This document shows, in pieces, positions 27,995 to 37,857 of a stretch of DNA of 64,000 nucleotides. Under the pieces are notes generated by a model. That model had not been told where the DNA came from, ran no database searches, and saw nothing but the letters and a program-made list of their open reading frames with translations. Location of the stretch: positions 72,714-136,713 of the forward strand of contig CAMYLU010000005.1 in assembly GCA_947259485.1 (NCBI GenBank), read 5' to 3'. The position numbers and the translations under genes were made by a program. Position 1 is the stretch's first letter. The number at the start of each line of letters is the position of its first letter. The stretch comes from an uncultured Gammaproteobacteria bacterium (GTDB lineage Bacteria; Pseudomonadota; Gammaproteobacteria; GCA-001735895).

Positions 27995-28927
27995 ATGAAA
28001 GAAAAACTTTACCCCTGGTTGCGCCAGCTGACCCTGAAACAGATGCGGGGTTTCACAGCAGTGGTTGAAGCAGGCAGTGTATCGGGTGCCGCCAAGCGTC
28101 TGCACCTGACGCCACCCGCAGTCTCGCTGCAGTTGCGCGATCTTGACGCGACTATTGGCTTACCCCTACTGGAACGCAGCGGCCATGGATTGATCCCGAC
28201 GCTGGCGGGTCGCGAATTACTATCCCTGGCGCTGGAAATACAGGAATCGCTGGATCGATTCGGCGAAACCGCGACTGAATTAAAGGGGGTAGATCATGGC
28301 ATTGTCTCGGTCGGCGTGGTCAGTACCGCACGCTATTTTGCTCCAACGATATTGGCTGAATTCATGAAAATCTACCAGGACATTAAAATTCAGCTACTGG
28401 TAGGGAACCGCGAAACCACTATGAAAAAACTGGAAAGCATGGAGCTCGACTTTGCCATCACCGGTTTGCCACCAGAACATTTTGCGGTAAAGAAAGAATT
28501 TATTGCAAAGCACCCACAGATTATCATTGCCGCCCCGGATCACCCGCTGGCGGATAAGAAAAGAATCTCTTTGTCGGAATTAAAAGATGAGACATTCCTG
28601 TTACGAGAAGCCGGATCCGGCACTCGCTCGGTGACCGACAAACTGTTTGCACGCAACAAGAGCCTACCCAGGTCAGGGCTGGAATTCGGCAGCAACGAAA
28701 CCATCAAACAGGCGGTGATGGCGGGTATGGGAATCGCGGTAATTTCGTCGCACACGGTTGATGCCGAACTCAATGAAAGGCGCCTGGTTTCGCTTGACGT
28801 CAAGGGTTTACCCATCAACCGTAAATGGTTCGTGGTCAAGCACGGCAATAAGCGCTTCCTGCCGTCTGCCCAGGCATTGTGGAATTTTGTCGCACGCAAT
28901 GGCAAATACTACCTACCCCAACCCTGA
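27995..28927 (+). CDS. cbbR: LysR-family transcriptional regulator CbbR
   Basis: N-terminal LysR HTH (FTAVVEAGSVSGAAKRLHLTPPAVSLQLRDLD) and a C-terminal substrate-binding domain. It is divergent from the cbb operon. Confidence 0.85.
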   Translation: MKEKLYPWLRQLTLKQMRGFTAVVEAGSVSGAAKRLHLTPPAVSLQLRDLDATIGLPLLERSGHGLIPTLAGRELLSLALEIQESLDRFGETATELKGVDHGIVSVGVVSTARYFAPTILAEFMKIYQDIKIQLLVGNRETTMKKLESMELDFAITGLPPEHFAVKKEFIAKHPQIIIAAPDHPLADKKRISLSELKDETFLLREAGSGTRSVTDKLFARNKSLPRSGLEFGSNETIKQAVMAGMGIAVISSHTVDAELNERRLVSLDVKGLPINRKWFVVKHGNKRFLPSAQALWNFVARNGKYYLPQP

Positions 28928-28997
28928 ACCCTCTCGCGCTAAACACTGGCTGCTCGAAGTGACTCCAGGATAACTGGATAAATTTAGCTTGAGGTAT

Positions 28998-29044
28998 AAC
29001 TTGCAATTGTTAGTTGCAACTTGCAACTTGCAACTTGCAAACTT
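28998..29044. repeat. Heptanucleotide tandem repeat (TTGCAAC)n, 3 perfect units plus 2-3 degenerate units
   Basis: The sequence ...aacttgcaattgttagttgcaacttgcaacttgcaacttgcaaactt is read directly. Location is intergenic. Confidence 0.8.
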
Positions 29045-29110
29045 AATATAATCATTCGGACGGCGATGTCGATCGAACCTTGATCGGGACCCGGTATAGA
29101 GGACTTAAGT

Positions 29111-29809
29111 TTGGATCAACGACGCACACTCGTGTTAATGCCCGGGCTCGACGGCACGGGCAAGTTGTTTGAGCCGATCATTCCATTTCTCCAAACACAC
29201 TTCGATTTAACCATCGTAACCTACCCTGATCTCGATTCGCTTACGGATTATGTCAACTGCGCGCAAAACCAACTGCCGGAGACGCCAGGATTCTCGCTGC
29301 TAGCCGAGTCCTTCTCCGGCCCCGTCGCAATGGCTTTAATGGCACATCTACCCGACCAGATCGGCCCTTCGGTGCTAGCTGCAACTTTCGCACGCTCCCC
29401 ACTGGCAACGTTGACACGCATGTTAGGTTATGTTCCGGAGCACATGTTTTCCATTGGCGCATTAAACGATTTCTGCCTGGACGTATATGCGACCGATAAC
29501 GAAGACTTATCGGACACGCAACCGTTGCCGCTGAACGTGACCGAGCAGATTGACGGAGCACTGTTAAGACACCGGATCTCGGTTTTGAGCCGGGTTGACG
29601 TTTCAGCCCTGTTACCGAGCATCCAGGTGCCCATTCTTTATCTGCACGGGGTGCGAGATCGAATCGTTACCAAGCACGACGCGCGAATGATTGAGGATTA
29701 CCTGCCTAATGTCAGCCGGGTCGATATCGACGCCCCCCACTTGCTGCTGCAAACCCAGCCGTCCCAATGTGCCGAGCTGATCTGTAACCACGTTCAACCA
29801 GCCCAGTAA
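29111..29809 (+). CDS. Alpha/beta-fold hydrolase
   Basis: The GLDGTGK loop and the overall pattern fit an alpha/beta hydrolase. Size is 232 aa. Confidence 0.55.
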   Translation: MDQRRTLVLMPGLDGTGKLFEPIIPFLQTHFDLTIVTYPDLDSLTDYVNCAQNQLPETPGFSLLAESFSGPVAMALMAHLPDQIGPSVLAATFARSPLATLTRMLGYVPEHMFSIGALNDFCLDVYATDNEDLSDTQPLPLNVTEQIDGALLRHRISVLSRVDVSALLPSIQVPILYLHGVRDRIVTKHDARMIEDYLPNVSRVDIDAPHLLLQTQPSQCAELICNHVQPAQ

Positions 29810-29974
29810 GCCATTACCCTGTATTTGATCGCTAAAAGTTTGACGAGGATTCATCGATAATCTCGAGAGTATCGCTCGAGCTCGCTTACAGCCGCCCTCA
29901 AGATCCACTGCTTCCCGGACCTTTATGATTTACAAGAACGCTTTTGATATCCCGAAAACAGACACTGAAAATCC

Positions 29975-30015
29975 ATTTCGCAGTGACGGCTAACGACCCA
30001 ACTCAGACGCTCATA
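29975..30015 (+). repeat. Partial copy of the intergenic repeat family (GCTAACGACCCAAyTCAGAC module)
   Basis: Shares GGCTAACGACCCAACTCAGACGCTCA with the copy at 34489..34628. Confidence 0.5.
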
Positions 30016-30060
30016 ATAGTAAGCCGATAAACGCTATTGGAGGATCTGTTATTGGGACGG

Positions 30061-31839
30061 TTACTCCGTCAGGCCCGCCATATGCAAGCCGTCGAGTAAA
30101 TGTCGCCAGTCCGCCTCGGTACGGAAATTGTCTTTGATGTTGCCGAGTAGTTCAGCAGTGGTGTTAGCTGACACTCCCGAAGATTTAAGCACCTTTTGGC
30201 GTTTTGCGATGAATTTGTTCAATGTATCTCGGGCCTGTTCGAGCTCACCCACCCGCGCAAAGGAAGCAGCCAGGTAAGCGTAATCCCAAGCATCCACAAG
30301 GGCCGCACGCAGAGTATTGATTGCTTCCTGATAGCGACCGGCGTAGTAGTAGCCTTGACCCAGCCATCTTTGGTATAAATCAGGAAAAAGCGGATTGAGG
30401 CGAATCGCCTCTTCCAGCTGAGCAATCCCCACATCAAGACGCCCAGCATGTAATAAGGCATGACCCAGTTCGGCCAAAACATCCGCGTCACCCGGCTTCA
30501 ACGCCAACACCCGGTCAAGTTCCAGTTCGGCTTCCTCCCATTGGCCATAACCGATAAGCGCCCACGCCAGGATACATCGGGCCAGGGCGTCATTGCTATC
30601 AAACTCTAATGATTTCCGAGCGTTTTCAAGACTATGCTGCAATGCATTCTCCGTACGCAACCAGCCCAGGAAGTAATCCACGGCATAAGTATTGGCGAGT
30701 CCCGCATAGGCTCTCGAGAACTGCGGGTCACGCTCAATTGCCTGCTGGTATAGCCGTGCTGCTGCGATATTGTCATCTGGATTGAAGCGATTGAATTTAC
30801 GATTGGCCTGCAACAGGTATTCGTATGATTTGATACTGGTCGTAGCTTTCCTGGATGCATTCTCTGCTATGGTCTTACCTAATTGCGCGGCAATGGTAGC
30901 GACAATGGCCCGCGTTACCTCGTCCTGAACCGCGAAGATGTCGTCCAGTTCCCTGTCATAGCGTTCAGCCCAGATATGTTTTCCGGTTTCAGCGTCGATC
31001 AGCTGTGCAGTAATTCGGACCCGGTTCCCAACCCGGCGAACACTACCTTCGACAACGTATTGCGCGCTGAGTTTTTCAGCCACCTCCTTGATATCTATCT
31101 TTTCGCCCTTGAAGGCAAACGAAGAATGCCGGGCAATAACATACAGTATGGGAAAGCGGGAAAGTTCGGTGATGATGTCCTCGGTTATTCCGTCGCTAAA
31201 ATACTCCTGCTCCGGGTCACCACTCATGTTACTAAGGGGTAGCACTGCAATAGAAGGTTTTTCCGTGACGTCCGTAGTCGAAACTTTCTGTTGGTTTTGG
31301 CCGTGAGGTTGGAGTTGCTGTTTTACCGCGTAAGCCCGGACCGGTTCATCGAAACCCTTCAGTTCCTGTTCTCCCAGATTTTCGTATTCAAATGGTAGCC
31401 GCTTGGGTATTGTTTCGTATGCGGCCCCTTGGATGCAGATGCCTCCAGCCTCGGCTAGCTGCTCCAAACGCTGTGCCAGCACTATGCCTTCGCCTGTTAC
31501 GGTATTGTCGGCCACAACCACCTCGCCCATGGCAATACCAACTCGAACTATGGGGCGGATTTCGTCCTGTAACGATTCAATATGCAGGGCATTCGCAGAC
31601 TGAAAATCGACTGAAGCACTGACAGCATCCGATGCCCGGGAAAATTCGGCAACTAGCGCGTCACCCCGAATCTCATGTGCGACGCCATTATGGTTGCTTA
31701 TGGTTTCGGAGAAACGCCGAAAGGCATCCCGGAAGCGCTCGTGAGCCAGGATCTCGTCCTGTCGCACAAGCCCGGTTGAATCCACCACATCGGCATGGAG
31801 GATAACTGCGAGTTTTCGCGATAGTTGATCCTTATCCAT
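30061..31839 (-). CDS. Class III adenylate/guanylate cyclase (CHD) fused to a conserved ILPF...DGxTEDxIT domain and C-terminal TPR repeats (paralogue 1)
   Basis: N-terminal cyclase homology domain (LAVILHADVVDSTGL...IRVGIAMGEVV). Middle domain reads IAVLPLSNMSGDPEQEYFSDGITEDIITELSR...RVRITAQLIDAETGKHIWAERYDR. TPR-like repeats follow at the C-terminus. Confidence 0.75.
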   Translation of the reverse strand: MDKDQLSRKLAVILHADVVDSTGLVRQDEILAHERFRDAFRRFSETISNHNGVAHEIRGDALVAEFSRASDAVSASVDFQSANALHIESLQDEIRPIVRVGIAMGEVVVADNTVTGEGIVLAQRLEQLAEAGGICIQGAAYETIPKRLPFEYENLGEQELKGFDEPVRAYAVKQQLQPHGQNQQKVSTTDVTEKPSIAVLPLSNMSGDPEQEYFSDGITEDIITELSRFPILYVIARHSSFAFKGEKIDIKEVAEKLSAQYVVEGSVRRVGNRVRITAQLIDAETGKHIWAERYDRELDDIFAVQDEVTRAIVATIAAQLGKTIAENASRKATTSIKSYEYLLQANRKFNRFNPDDNIAAARLYQQAIERDPQFSRAYAGLANTYAVDYFLGWLRTENALQHSLENARKSLEFDSNDALARCILAWALIGYGQWEEAELELDRVLALKPGDADVLAELGHALLHAGRLDVGIAQLEEAIRLNPLFPDLYQRWLGQGYYYAGRYQEAINTLRAALVDAWDYAYLAASFARVGELEQARDTLNKFIAKRQKVLKSSGVSANTTAELLGNIKDNFRTEADWRHLLDGLHMAGLTE

Positions 31840-31914
31840 GGATGGCCTTATTAGGAATTATTCGAGAAATACTATCACAAGCAGTTAATTTATGGGCTTG
31901 AGTGAGCTGTTGGC

Positions 31915-32000
31915 GAGCGTCCGCTTTTGGCCGTTCTCGGAAGCCCAGATTGTGATTTTTAGCGTCCGCTATTGAGGAAGCTGACTCTCCTGTGTCTAAT
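31915..32000 (+). repeat. Intergenic repeat family copy (two GAGCGTCCGCT sub-repeats)
   Basis: Contains GAGCGTCCGCTTTTGGCCGTTCTCGGAAGC ... AGCGTCCGCTATTGAGGAAG. Confidence 0.7.
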
Positions 32001-32009
32001 TACTAATTT

Positions 32010-32699
32010 TTATTTTTTCGAAAACTCGAACCTTATCCGCAACTCCCCCTCAAACCAGCTATCAATACTCAGAATACCCTTTTTTTCCGCTATATAAAAT
32101 CCATCCTGTGCTTCGGGCTCCACACGCTTGAACTGCATTTCATTATTCGAATAATGCACCGTAAGGCTTACATGGTAAGGATAATAGCCATCAAGGAATT
32201 TGCGATGGTAGGGTCCGTGTTGCATAGAATAGGTTTTATCGGATAGGTGCTGTAATACTTTCACATCCGCCTGCACACACAACACTGCGCCTTTCTCTAC
32301 GTCTTCCAGTTCGACTCCATTCTGTCCAACACGAATTTGTGCAATTTGTTCTACGCGAGTCACTTGTAGATTTTTCATTTTACGATAGGCATACACCACA
32401 TCGGTCCTGCCCACCGCATCCAGATGCCGGTAACATTGTTGCATTTTTACCCAGCCGGTTTGCAGACTCTCGTTGGTTACCCATAGGTGGGTATCGGAAT
32501 GCAAAATCAATTGGTCATGTATGGGAGCAATGAACTCCAGCTGGCCTTCATTGACTTGCTGGGCGCGCCATTCACTGTCGTCGTCCGGCCAGCTTTCATC
32601 AACGGGCGATTCTGCTGCAGTAAGCATTACAGGAAATAGCAAAACCCAAATCGCTTTAATTGAAATGCGTTTACCAGTGATAAACATCATGCTTGACAC
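32010..32699 (-). CDS. Secreted hypothetical protein (229 aa)
   Basis: Signal peptide KAIWVLLFPVMLTAAESP. No recognisable domain. Confidence 0.5.
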   Translation of the reverse strand: MSSMMFITGKRISIKAIWVLLFPVMLTAAESPVDESWPDDDSEWRAQQVNEGQLEFIAPIHDQLILHSDTHLWVTNESLQTGWVKMQQCYRHLDAVGRTDVVYAYRKMKNLQVTRVEQIAQIRVGQNGVELEDVEKGAVLCVQADVKVLQHLSDKTYSMQHGPYHRKFLDGYYPYHVSLTVHYSNNEMQFKRVEPEAQDGFYIAEKKGILSIDSWFEGELRIRFEFSKK

Positions 32700-32762
32700 C
32701 CATTAACGGGTAGTTTGCCGATATTATCAATATTTTACTTTTTACCGTCGAGATAAGGTATC

Positions 32763-32853
32763 AAGCGTCCGCTTCTGGCCGAAAATCGAAGCTCAGTTGG
32801 CACGCCCCAGCGTCTGCTTACAAGAAAACAGATCCCCGCCATGTGAAAATAGG
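32763..32853 (+). repeat. Intergenic repeat family copy
   Basis: Contains AAGCGTCCGCTTCTGGCCGAAAATCG...CAGCGTCTGCTTACAAGAAAACAG...ATGTGAAAATAGG. Confidence 0.7.
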
Positions 32854-33043
32854 CTTCCGAGATCAACCCAAATACGACGCTTACTCGAATTAACACCTGT
32901 CAAATGCAAGGTCTGACAATTTGTACGATCGAATCGCAAAGGTGGGAAACGACAATAGCTAAATATCCGGGGGTGCACGAGGAACTATTTCAGCTTCGCG
33001 GCCTGGATGACTGATACAATTCGCGACCGAGAAGTGGCGGCCA

Positions 33044-34417
33044 TTGCCGCCGGGCAAAAGCATGCAAGAAACCGAAGACCATCAGCAGAGTTTCAAGTGG
33101 TTTGCGTTAGCATTATCCCTGGGTGGCTATCTGATCACTTTTTGGGCCTGGCCTTCGCCTGACTCCAACCAGGCCGTGGTGGCGGCCACACTGGTTGCAG
33201 TTATCGTCCTGTGGGTGACAGAAGTTATACCGCTGTACGTCTCCGCGCTGACCGGTTCCTTCCTGCTCCTTGCGCTCGGCGATTTCTCCGCCGGTGAAAT
33301 TTTCCAGCCCTATTTTGATCCGGTGATCGTCTTGTTTCTGGGTGGGTTCGTGCTTGCCCGGGCATTGCAGAAGTATGAAATCGACCGTCGCGTCGCGCAC
33401 GAGGTTCTCAAGCGTCTCGGTGATAGTCCGCTGATTTTCGTACTCGGGCTGATGCTGGTGACCGCCTTCCTGTCGATGTGGATGTCGAACACGGCATCGG
33501 CGGCCATCATGATCCCGATCTCCATTATCGTGCTCCGCGAAAATAATCTGTTCCACAAGCATTCCCGATTCGCCCGGGGCGCCGTGCTAGCTGTCGCGTA
33601 TGCGGCCACTATCGGTGGAATCGGTTCTCTGGTTGGAAGTCCGCCCAATGCTATTGCAGCCAGGTACCTCGGCGAGAACGGTATCTCGCTGGATTTCCTC
33701 GAATGGATGCTCAAGGCATTGCCCTTTGTCTTATTGGCGCTGCTGTTTACCTGGTTATTATTATTTCTGTTCAACAAACCCGAGATAGAGAAAATAGAGT
33801 TCAAGTACGAGGCGATGCCGATCAACCGGCCGCAAAAGCTCATATTCCTCGTTTTTCTAATCACCGTCGTGGGCTGGCTCAGCACCAAATATACCGGCCT
33901 TTCGGCTTCCACGGTTGCACTGATTCCAGTAATCAGCCTGTTCGCGCTGGGTCTGCTGGACGAAAACGACCTGGGCAGGATTTCCTGGCCGACGCTGTTG
34001 CTTTTCGGCGGGGGGCTGAGCCTGGGGTCAGCGGTCAGCCAGGTCGGCATCGATATCTGGCTGGCGTCTATGGTGAAGGTCTGGATTGCCAATATTCCGC
34101 TGTTTCTGGCGCTAACGGCACTCGTGTTTTTCGGTATCCTAGTGACCATGGTGGCTAGTAACACCGCCTCCGCAGCGATACTGATTCCGCTGATGCTACC
34201 CCTGTCCAGCAGCCTCGGAATCGATATGAAGTCGATTGCGCTGTTGATCGCTATCGGCGTATCTTTGGACTTCATGATGCCGGTGGGCACGCCACCGAGC
34301 GCGATTGCCTACTCCACCGGCGTTGTCAGCGTGCGCGATATGATCAGGAATGGATTCATGGTTAATATCGGCACCGGACTGATTCTGGTGACGCTGTACT
34401 ACTTCTTTTACCTTTAG
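33044..34417 (+). CDS. DASS/SLC13-family (ArsB/NhaD-superfamily) anion:Na+ symporter
   Basis: 457 aa, polytopic. Conserved SNTASAA motifs occur twice, with hairpin-loop signatures typical of DASS transporters. Confidence 0.7.
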   Translation: MPPGKSMQETEDHQQSFKWFALALSLGGYLITFWAWPSPDSNQAVVAATLVAVIVLWVTEVIPLYVSALTGSFLLLALGDFSAGEIFQPYFDPVIVLFLGGFVLARALQKYEIDRRVAHEVLKRLGDSPLIFVLGLMLVTAFLSMWMSNTASAAIMIPISIIVLRENNLFHKHSRFARGAVLAVAYAATIGGIGSLVGSPPNAIAARYLGENGISLDFLEWMLKALPFVLLALLFTWLLLFLFNKPEIEKIEFKYEAMPINRPQKLIFLVFLITVVGWLSTKYTGLSASTVALIPVISLFALGLLDENDLGRISWPTLLLFGGGLSLGSAVSQVGIDIWLASMVKVWIANIPLFLALTALVFFGILVTMVASNTASAAILIPLMLPLSSSLGIDMKSIALLIAIGVSLDFMMPVGTPPSAIAYSTGVVSVRDMIRNGFMVNIGTGLILVTLYYFFYL

Positions 34418-34488
34418 GCCCATGCCTGATCGAGCGTGGCTCACATCAAGGGGTGCGGTCATGGTCCGAAGCAGATAGCAAACTTTTT

Positions 34489-34628
34489 TAGCGTCCGTTC
34501 CTGGCCGAAGTACGACCCTGATGTTTCAAGTTTGAGTGTCCGCTATCGAGAAAGCAGACGCTTAAAACTCAAAATTCAGCTTCCGCTAACGACCCAATTC
34601 AGACTCTCACTTGTTATGTGAAAATAGG
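34489..34628 (+). repeat. Intergenic repeat family copy (long form)
   Basis: Contains TAGCGTCCGTTCCTGGCCGAAG...GAGTGTCCGCTATCGAGAAAGCAGACGC...CTTGTTATGTGAAAATAGG. Confidence 0.7.
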
Positions 34629-34662
34629 AAAAAAGCGTTCGTTTATCTTAGGAAATGGGGCT

Positions 34663-36435
34663 TCAAGCTGCAGTTGTGTCAGGTAACCCTGCTTTCTTGA
34701 GGTCTATGGCAATCTGCCGGGGAACGACTTCATCTTTATAGAATTCTGTCTCGAGGAAGTTTCCGATAGAAAAACTCGGATTGCTAATCAATAATTCCTC
34801 GACGGCCTTTCTCAGAGCCATTTCGTCATCCAAATGACTTAATGCGGCTACTAGATATGCATGGGAGCGCTGCGATTTGTGTAAGAGCTGTGATACGACG
34901 TTGACGGTTTCACGATAATTTCCAAGGACGTAATGTGCGGCCGCCTCAAGTTCACGACAGTAGGTTGGCAACAGGGGGTCCAGTGTTTTTGCACGATTCT
35001 GATATTCCAGAGCCTTTTCCCCGTCCCCAAGAAAATTGTATATTTCGCCCATACGGCCGACTAGGTAGGCATGGTTGGGATTGAGGTCGAGTGCACGTTG
35101 GAAATGGTATTCAGCCTTGTCAAAGTCTCGGTCGTACAGACTAAGAGACCCCATTATCCGATGACATTCTGGCTCATTTTCATCAAGTTCTAAACCTCGT
35201 CGTCCCGAAGCTACGGCTTCATCCTTGTAATCGTCTCCTGTCCATTCGCCTAAGGTGGTAATTGCACAAGCATGCCAAGCGTATGCGCGACCATATTCTG
35301 GGTCCTTTTCGATTGCCATATTGAACCAGTGAAGTGCCTGCTCCGCTGATTCCTGTGTTACACCTCCCAGTCGGTGGTTCTCCAGACCACGAAGCAGGCA
35401 TTCGTATGCATACATATCTGCCGGTTTCTTCTTCTTTGCCGAAACCAGCGTTTCGTGCTCCATCCGTCCTGCAACCATTGAAACAATCGACTTGGCCAGC
35501 TCGTCCTGAACCTCAAACAATTCGGTCAAGTCACAGTCATATTTTTCAGCCCAAACATGATCCCCAGTTTGGGTACTGATAAGCTGGCACGTAATCCGAA
35601 TGCGGTCACCCATTTTTCGCACACTGCCTTCCAGGCAATAGGCGACACCCAATTGTTTACCCACTTCCCGTAAATCGAGGTTCTGGCCCTTGAAGGCAAA
35701 ACTAGCATTTCGCGACGTAACAAATAATCCAGTAAAGCGGGCGAGTTCAGTTATCAGGTCATCGGTAAAACCATCTACAAAATACTCTTGTTCTGAATCG
35801 TCACCAAAAACTGCAAACGGCAAGACTGCTAACGAATTTGGATTAACAATTTCTTGTTGATTAATAGATATAACCTCTGGATCGCCGGACATGCAACTAT
35901 GGTTTCCAAGTTCTCCAACTACGCGATAGGCTTGAACAGGCTCTGAGATATTTTTCAGGACCTGTTCGCCTTGGTTTTCAAATGTAAGTTGGGCTACTCG
36001 TTTCACATTATCAAATACAGCTCGCGAAATAAGAATTGAACCTGGATCGGCTAACCCTTCAAGCCGTGCTGCGATATTGACATCATCCCCGTAGATGTCT
36101 TCGTCATCCCAAAATATATCACCGAGATTAACGCCCATACGAAACCACATGCGTTTTTCTTCGGGTATGTCTTTTACCCGGGGTTCGATACTTTTCTGAA
36201 TGGCGTAGGCAGCTAATACGGCATTGGTCGCCGAGATGAATTCTGCCAAAAACCCATCGCCGGTCAGCTTTACAATCCGACCTGAGAACTCCTTTATTAT
36301 CGGATCGACAATTTCATGTCGATATGACCACCAAGTATTGATGGTTCCCTCTTCATCCATACGCATTAGACGCGTGTAGCCTGCCACATCAGCGGCCAAG
36401 ACCGCAGCTAATCGCCGTTGCGCCTGTTGTTCCAT
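34663..36435 (-). CDS. Class III adenylate/guanylate cyclase fused to the ILPF...DGxTDDLIT domain and TPR repeats (paralogue 2)
   Basis: CHD N-terminus (LAAVLAADVAGYTRLM...FRMGVNLGDI). Middle domain reads LAVLPFAVFGDDSEQEYFVDGFTDDLITELARF...RIRITCQLISTQTGDHVWAEKYD. C-terminal TPRs follow. Architecture matches 30061..31839. Confidence 0.75.
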   Translation of the reverse strand: MEQQAQRRLAAVLAADVAGYTRLMRMDEEGTINTWWSYRHEIVDPIIKEFSGRIVKLTGDGFLAEFISATNAVLAAYAIQKSIEPRVKDIPEEKRMWFRMGVNLGDIFWDDEDIYGDDVNIAARLEGLADPGSILISRAVFDNVKRVAQLTFENQGEQVLKNISEPVQAYRVVGELGNHSCMSGDPEVISINQQEIVNPNSLAVLPFAVFGDDSEQEYFVDGFTDDLITELARFTGLFVTSRNASFAFKGQNLDLREVGKQLGVAYCLEGSVRKMGDRIRITCQLISTQTGDHVWAEKYDCDLTELFEVQDELAKSIVSMVAGRMEHETLVSAKKKKPADMYAYECLLRGLENHRLGGVTQESAEQALHWFNMAIEKDPEYGRAYAWHACAITTLGEWTGDDYKDEAVASGRRGLELDENEPECHRIMGSLSLYDRDFDKAEYHFQRALDLNPNHAYLVGRMGEIYNFLGDGEKALEYQNRAKTLDPLLPTYCRELEAAAHYVLGNYRETVNVVSQLLHKSQRSHAYLVAALSHLDDEMALRKAVEELLISNPSFSIGNFLETEFYKDEVVPRQIAIDLKKAGLPDTTAA

Positions 36436-36543
36436 TAGATAGCTCTATAGCGAATAATAAAACGATTAATCAGTATGCTAGTTAGCCCAAGATAAGGCAA
36501 ATGAGAGACCGACTTCGGCGAAATCTCCCCATGTTCACGAAAC

Positions 36544-36659
36544 AGTCCTTCTCCAGTGTCCGAAACTGGCCGATTCGAGAAGCCTGGGAAGCGTATTTCA
36601 GGGTCTGCTATTGAGAAATCGTAAGCGCAACGAGTGGTTTTGCCGGATTACATGCGCTT
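36544..36659 (+). repeat. Intergenic repeat family copy (long form ending TTGTTGTGTGGC)
   Basis: Contains CAGTGTCCGAAACTGGCCGA...GGTCTGCTATTGAGAAATCG...GAGTGGTTTTGCCGGATTACATGCGCTTGTTGTGTGGC. Confidence 0.7.
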
Positions 36660-36695
36660 GTTGTGTGGCTACTCCATCATAAAGAAGCTACGCAG

Positions 36696-37088
36696 CTATT
36701 CCGAAGATGGATTATCGCTGGTAAGTACATTGACATGAAACTTCCAGCTACCATCAGTTTGTCGCTTAAAGACGTTTACTGATTTACCCGTTTCGGTGAA
36801 GACCGTCCCATCATCATTATCATAGTCTTCGGAGTAGGCAACTATCGAATATGCCAAATCGTTGTCGATAGACAACTCCAAGTCAGTAACTTTCTTGTTC
36901 TTTGCGCCGCCCTCGATCCAACCTTGCATGGCTATTTCGACTGCATCTCGACCATGGGCATTATCACCATAGGAAGAGAGAACCCACGCGTCTACTGTGT
37001 AACATGCTGCACAAGCCTTTGCGTCTCTTTGTTCAAACGAATTAATCCAAGTTTGGTGGAGTTTTTCTAATTCAGCCTCGGCGCTCAT
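36696..37088 (-). CDS. SnoaL-like/NTF2-fold protein (DUF4440-like)
   Basis: Start is set at the internal ATG (MSAEAELEKLHQTWINSF...), which has a perfect AGGAGG RBS. The longer track ORF (to 37202) would leave only 19 nt to the divergent gene and overlaps a repeat copy. Confidence 0.6.
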   Translation of the reverse strand: MSAEAELEKLHQTWINSFEQRDAKACAACYTVDAWVLSSYGDNAHGRDAVEIAMQGWIEGGAKNKKVTDLELSIDNDLAYSIVAYSEDYDNDDGTVFTETGKSVNVFKRQTDGSWKFHVNVLTSDNPSSE

Positions 37089-37117
37089 AGCACTTCCTCC
37101 TGATAAAGAGAATTGAC

Positions 37118-37210
37118 CCGATAACATATTATCACTGTTAATGGGCGTCTGCTGTTGGCCGTTACCCCACAGCCGGATTCTAGAAGTTGAGTGGCTGCTC
37201 ACTATAGAGT
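37118..37210 (+). repeat. Intergenic repeat family copy (GATAACATATTATC-containing variant)
   Basis: Contains CCGATAACATATTATCAC...GGGCGTCTGCTGTTGGCCGTT...GAGTGGCTGCTCACTATAG. Confidence 0.6.
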
Positions 37211-37221
37211 AACTTCTCGCT

Positions 37222-37845
37222 ATGTATGTACTTCACTGGTCAAGAGGATGTGGGTCGTTCGCACCACACGCTGCTCTTAGCGAGGTCAGTGCGTCATACG
37301 AACTGATTGAAGTCGATTTGGACTCCAATCAGGAATACACAGAAGAGTTTCTGGCGATAAATCCACGGGCCCAGGTACCGGTGTTGACGTTGCCGGACGG
37401 GACCATAATGACCGAGTCTGTGGCCATGATGATTCACATCGCCGACTGTCATCCTGCGTCAGGCCTCATGCCTGAGGTCGGACAGACCGAGCGTGCTATT
37501 GCCTATCGATGGCTCGTGTTCAGTGCTGTTAATCTTTATGAGACGGGATGCCGTATCGAGGATACACATCACTACTCGGCGAAGAAGTCGGACTATGAAG
37601 GCATCCGTGCGAAAGCGCGCCATGATCTCGATCAGCATTGGGAAATGGTGGCCGACGCCATAGGTGAAGGACCTTACCTATTGGGACAGCGTTACTCGGT
37701 GGTCGACATCTGTCTGCTCATGATTGCGCAATGGCATCCTGAACCTGGCTCTCTCGTCGGGAGATATCCAAATCTCGGCAAGCTGTGCGATGCGGTAAAG
37801 AACCGACCTGCGATTGAGGCAATTTGGAATCTGAACTTTCCTTAG
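37222..37845 (+). CDS. Glutathione S-transferase family protein
   Basis: N-terminal thioredoxin-like GST motif (VLHWSRGCGSFAPHAAL...VPVLTLPDG) and a C-terminal helical domain. Confidence 0.7.
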   Translation: MYVLHWSRGCGSFAPHAALSEVSASYELIEVDLDSNQEYTEEFLAINPRAQVPVLTLPDGTIMTESVAMMIHIADCHPASGLMPEVGQTERAIAYRWLVFSAVNLYETGCRIEDTHHYSAKKSDYEGIRAKARHDLDQHWEMVADAIGEGPYLLGQRYSVVDICLLMIAQWHPEPGSLVGRYPNLGKLCDAVKNRPAIEAIWNLNFP

Positions 37846-37857
37846 AATGACTCCATT

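Noticed and set aside
33310-34290. 326-aa minus-strand ORF
   Set aside because: Antisense shadow of the DASS transporter gene. Composition is Ser/Arg/Ile-rich with no domain.
36696-37202. 168-aa version of the NTF2-like ORF
   Set aside because: The extension would leave 19 nt to the divergent GST gene and runs through a copy of the intergenic repeat. The internal ATG has a perfect AGGAGG RBS.
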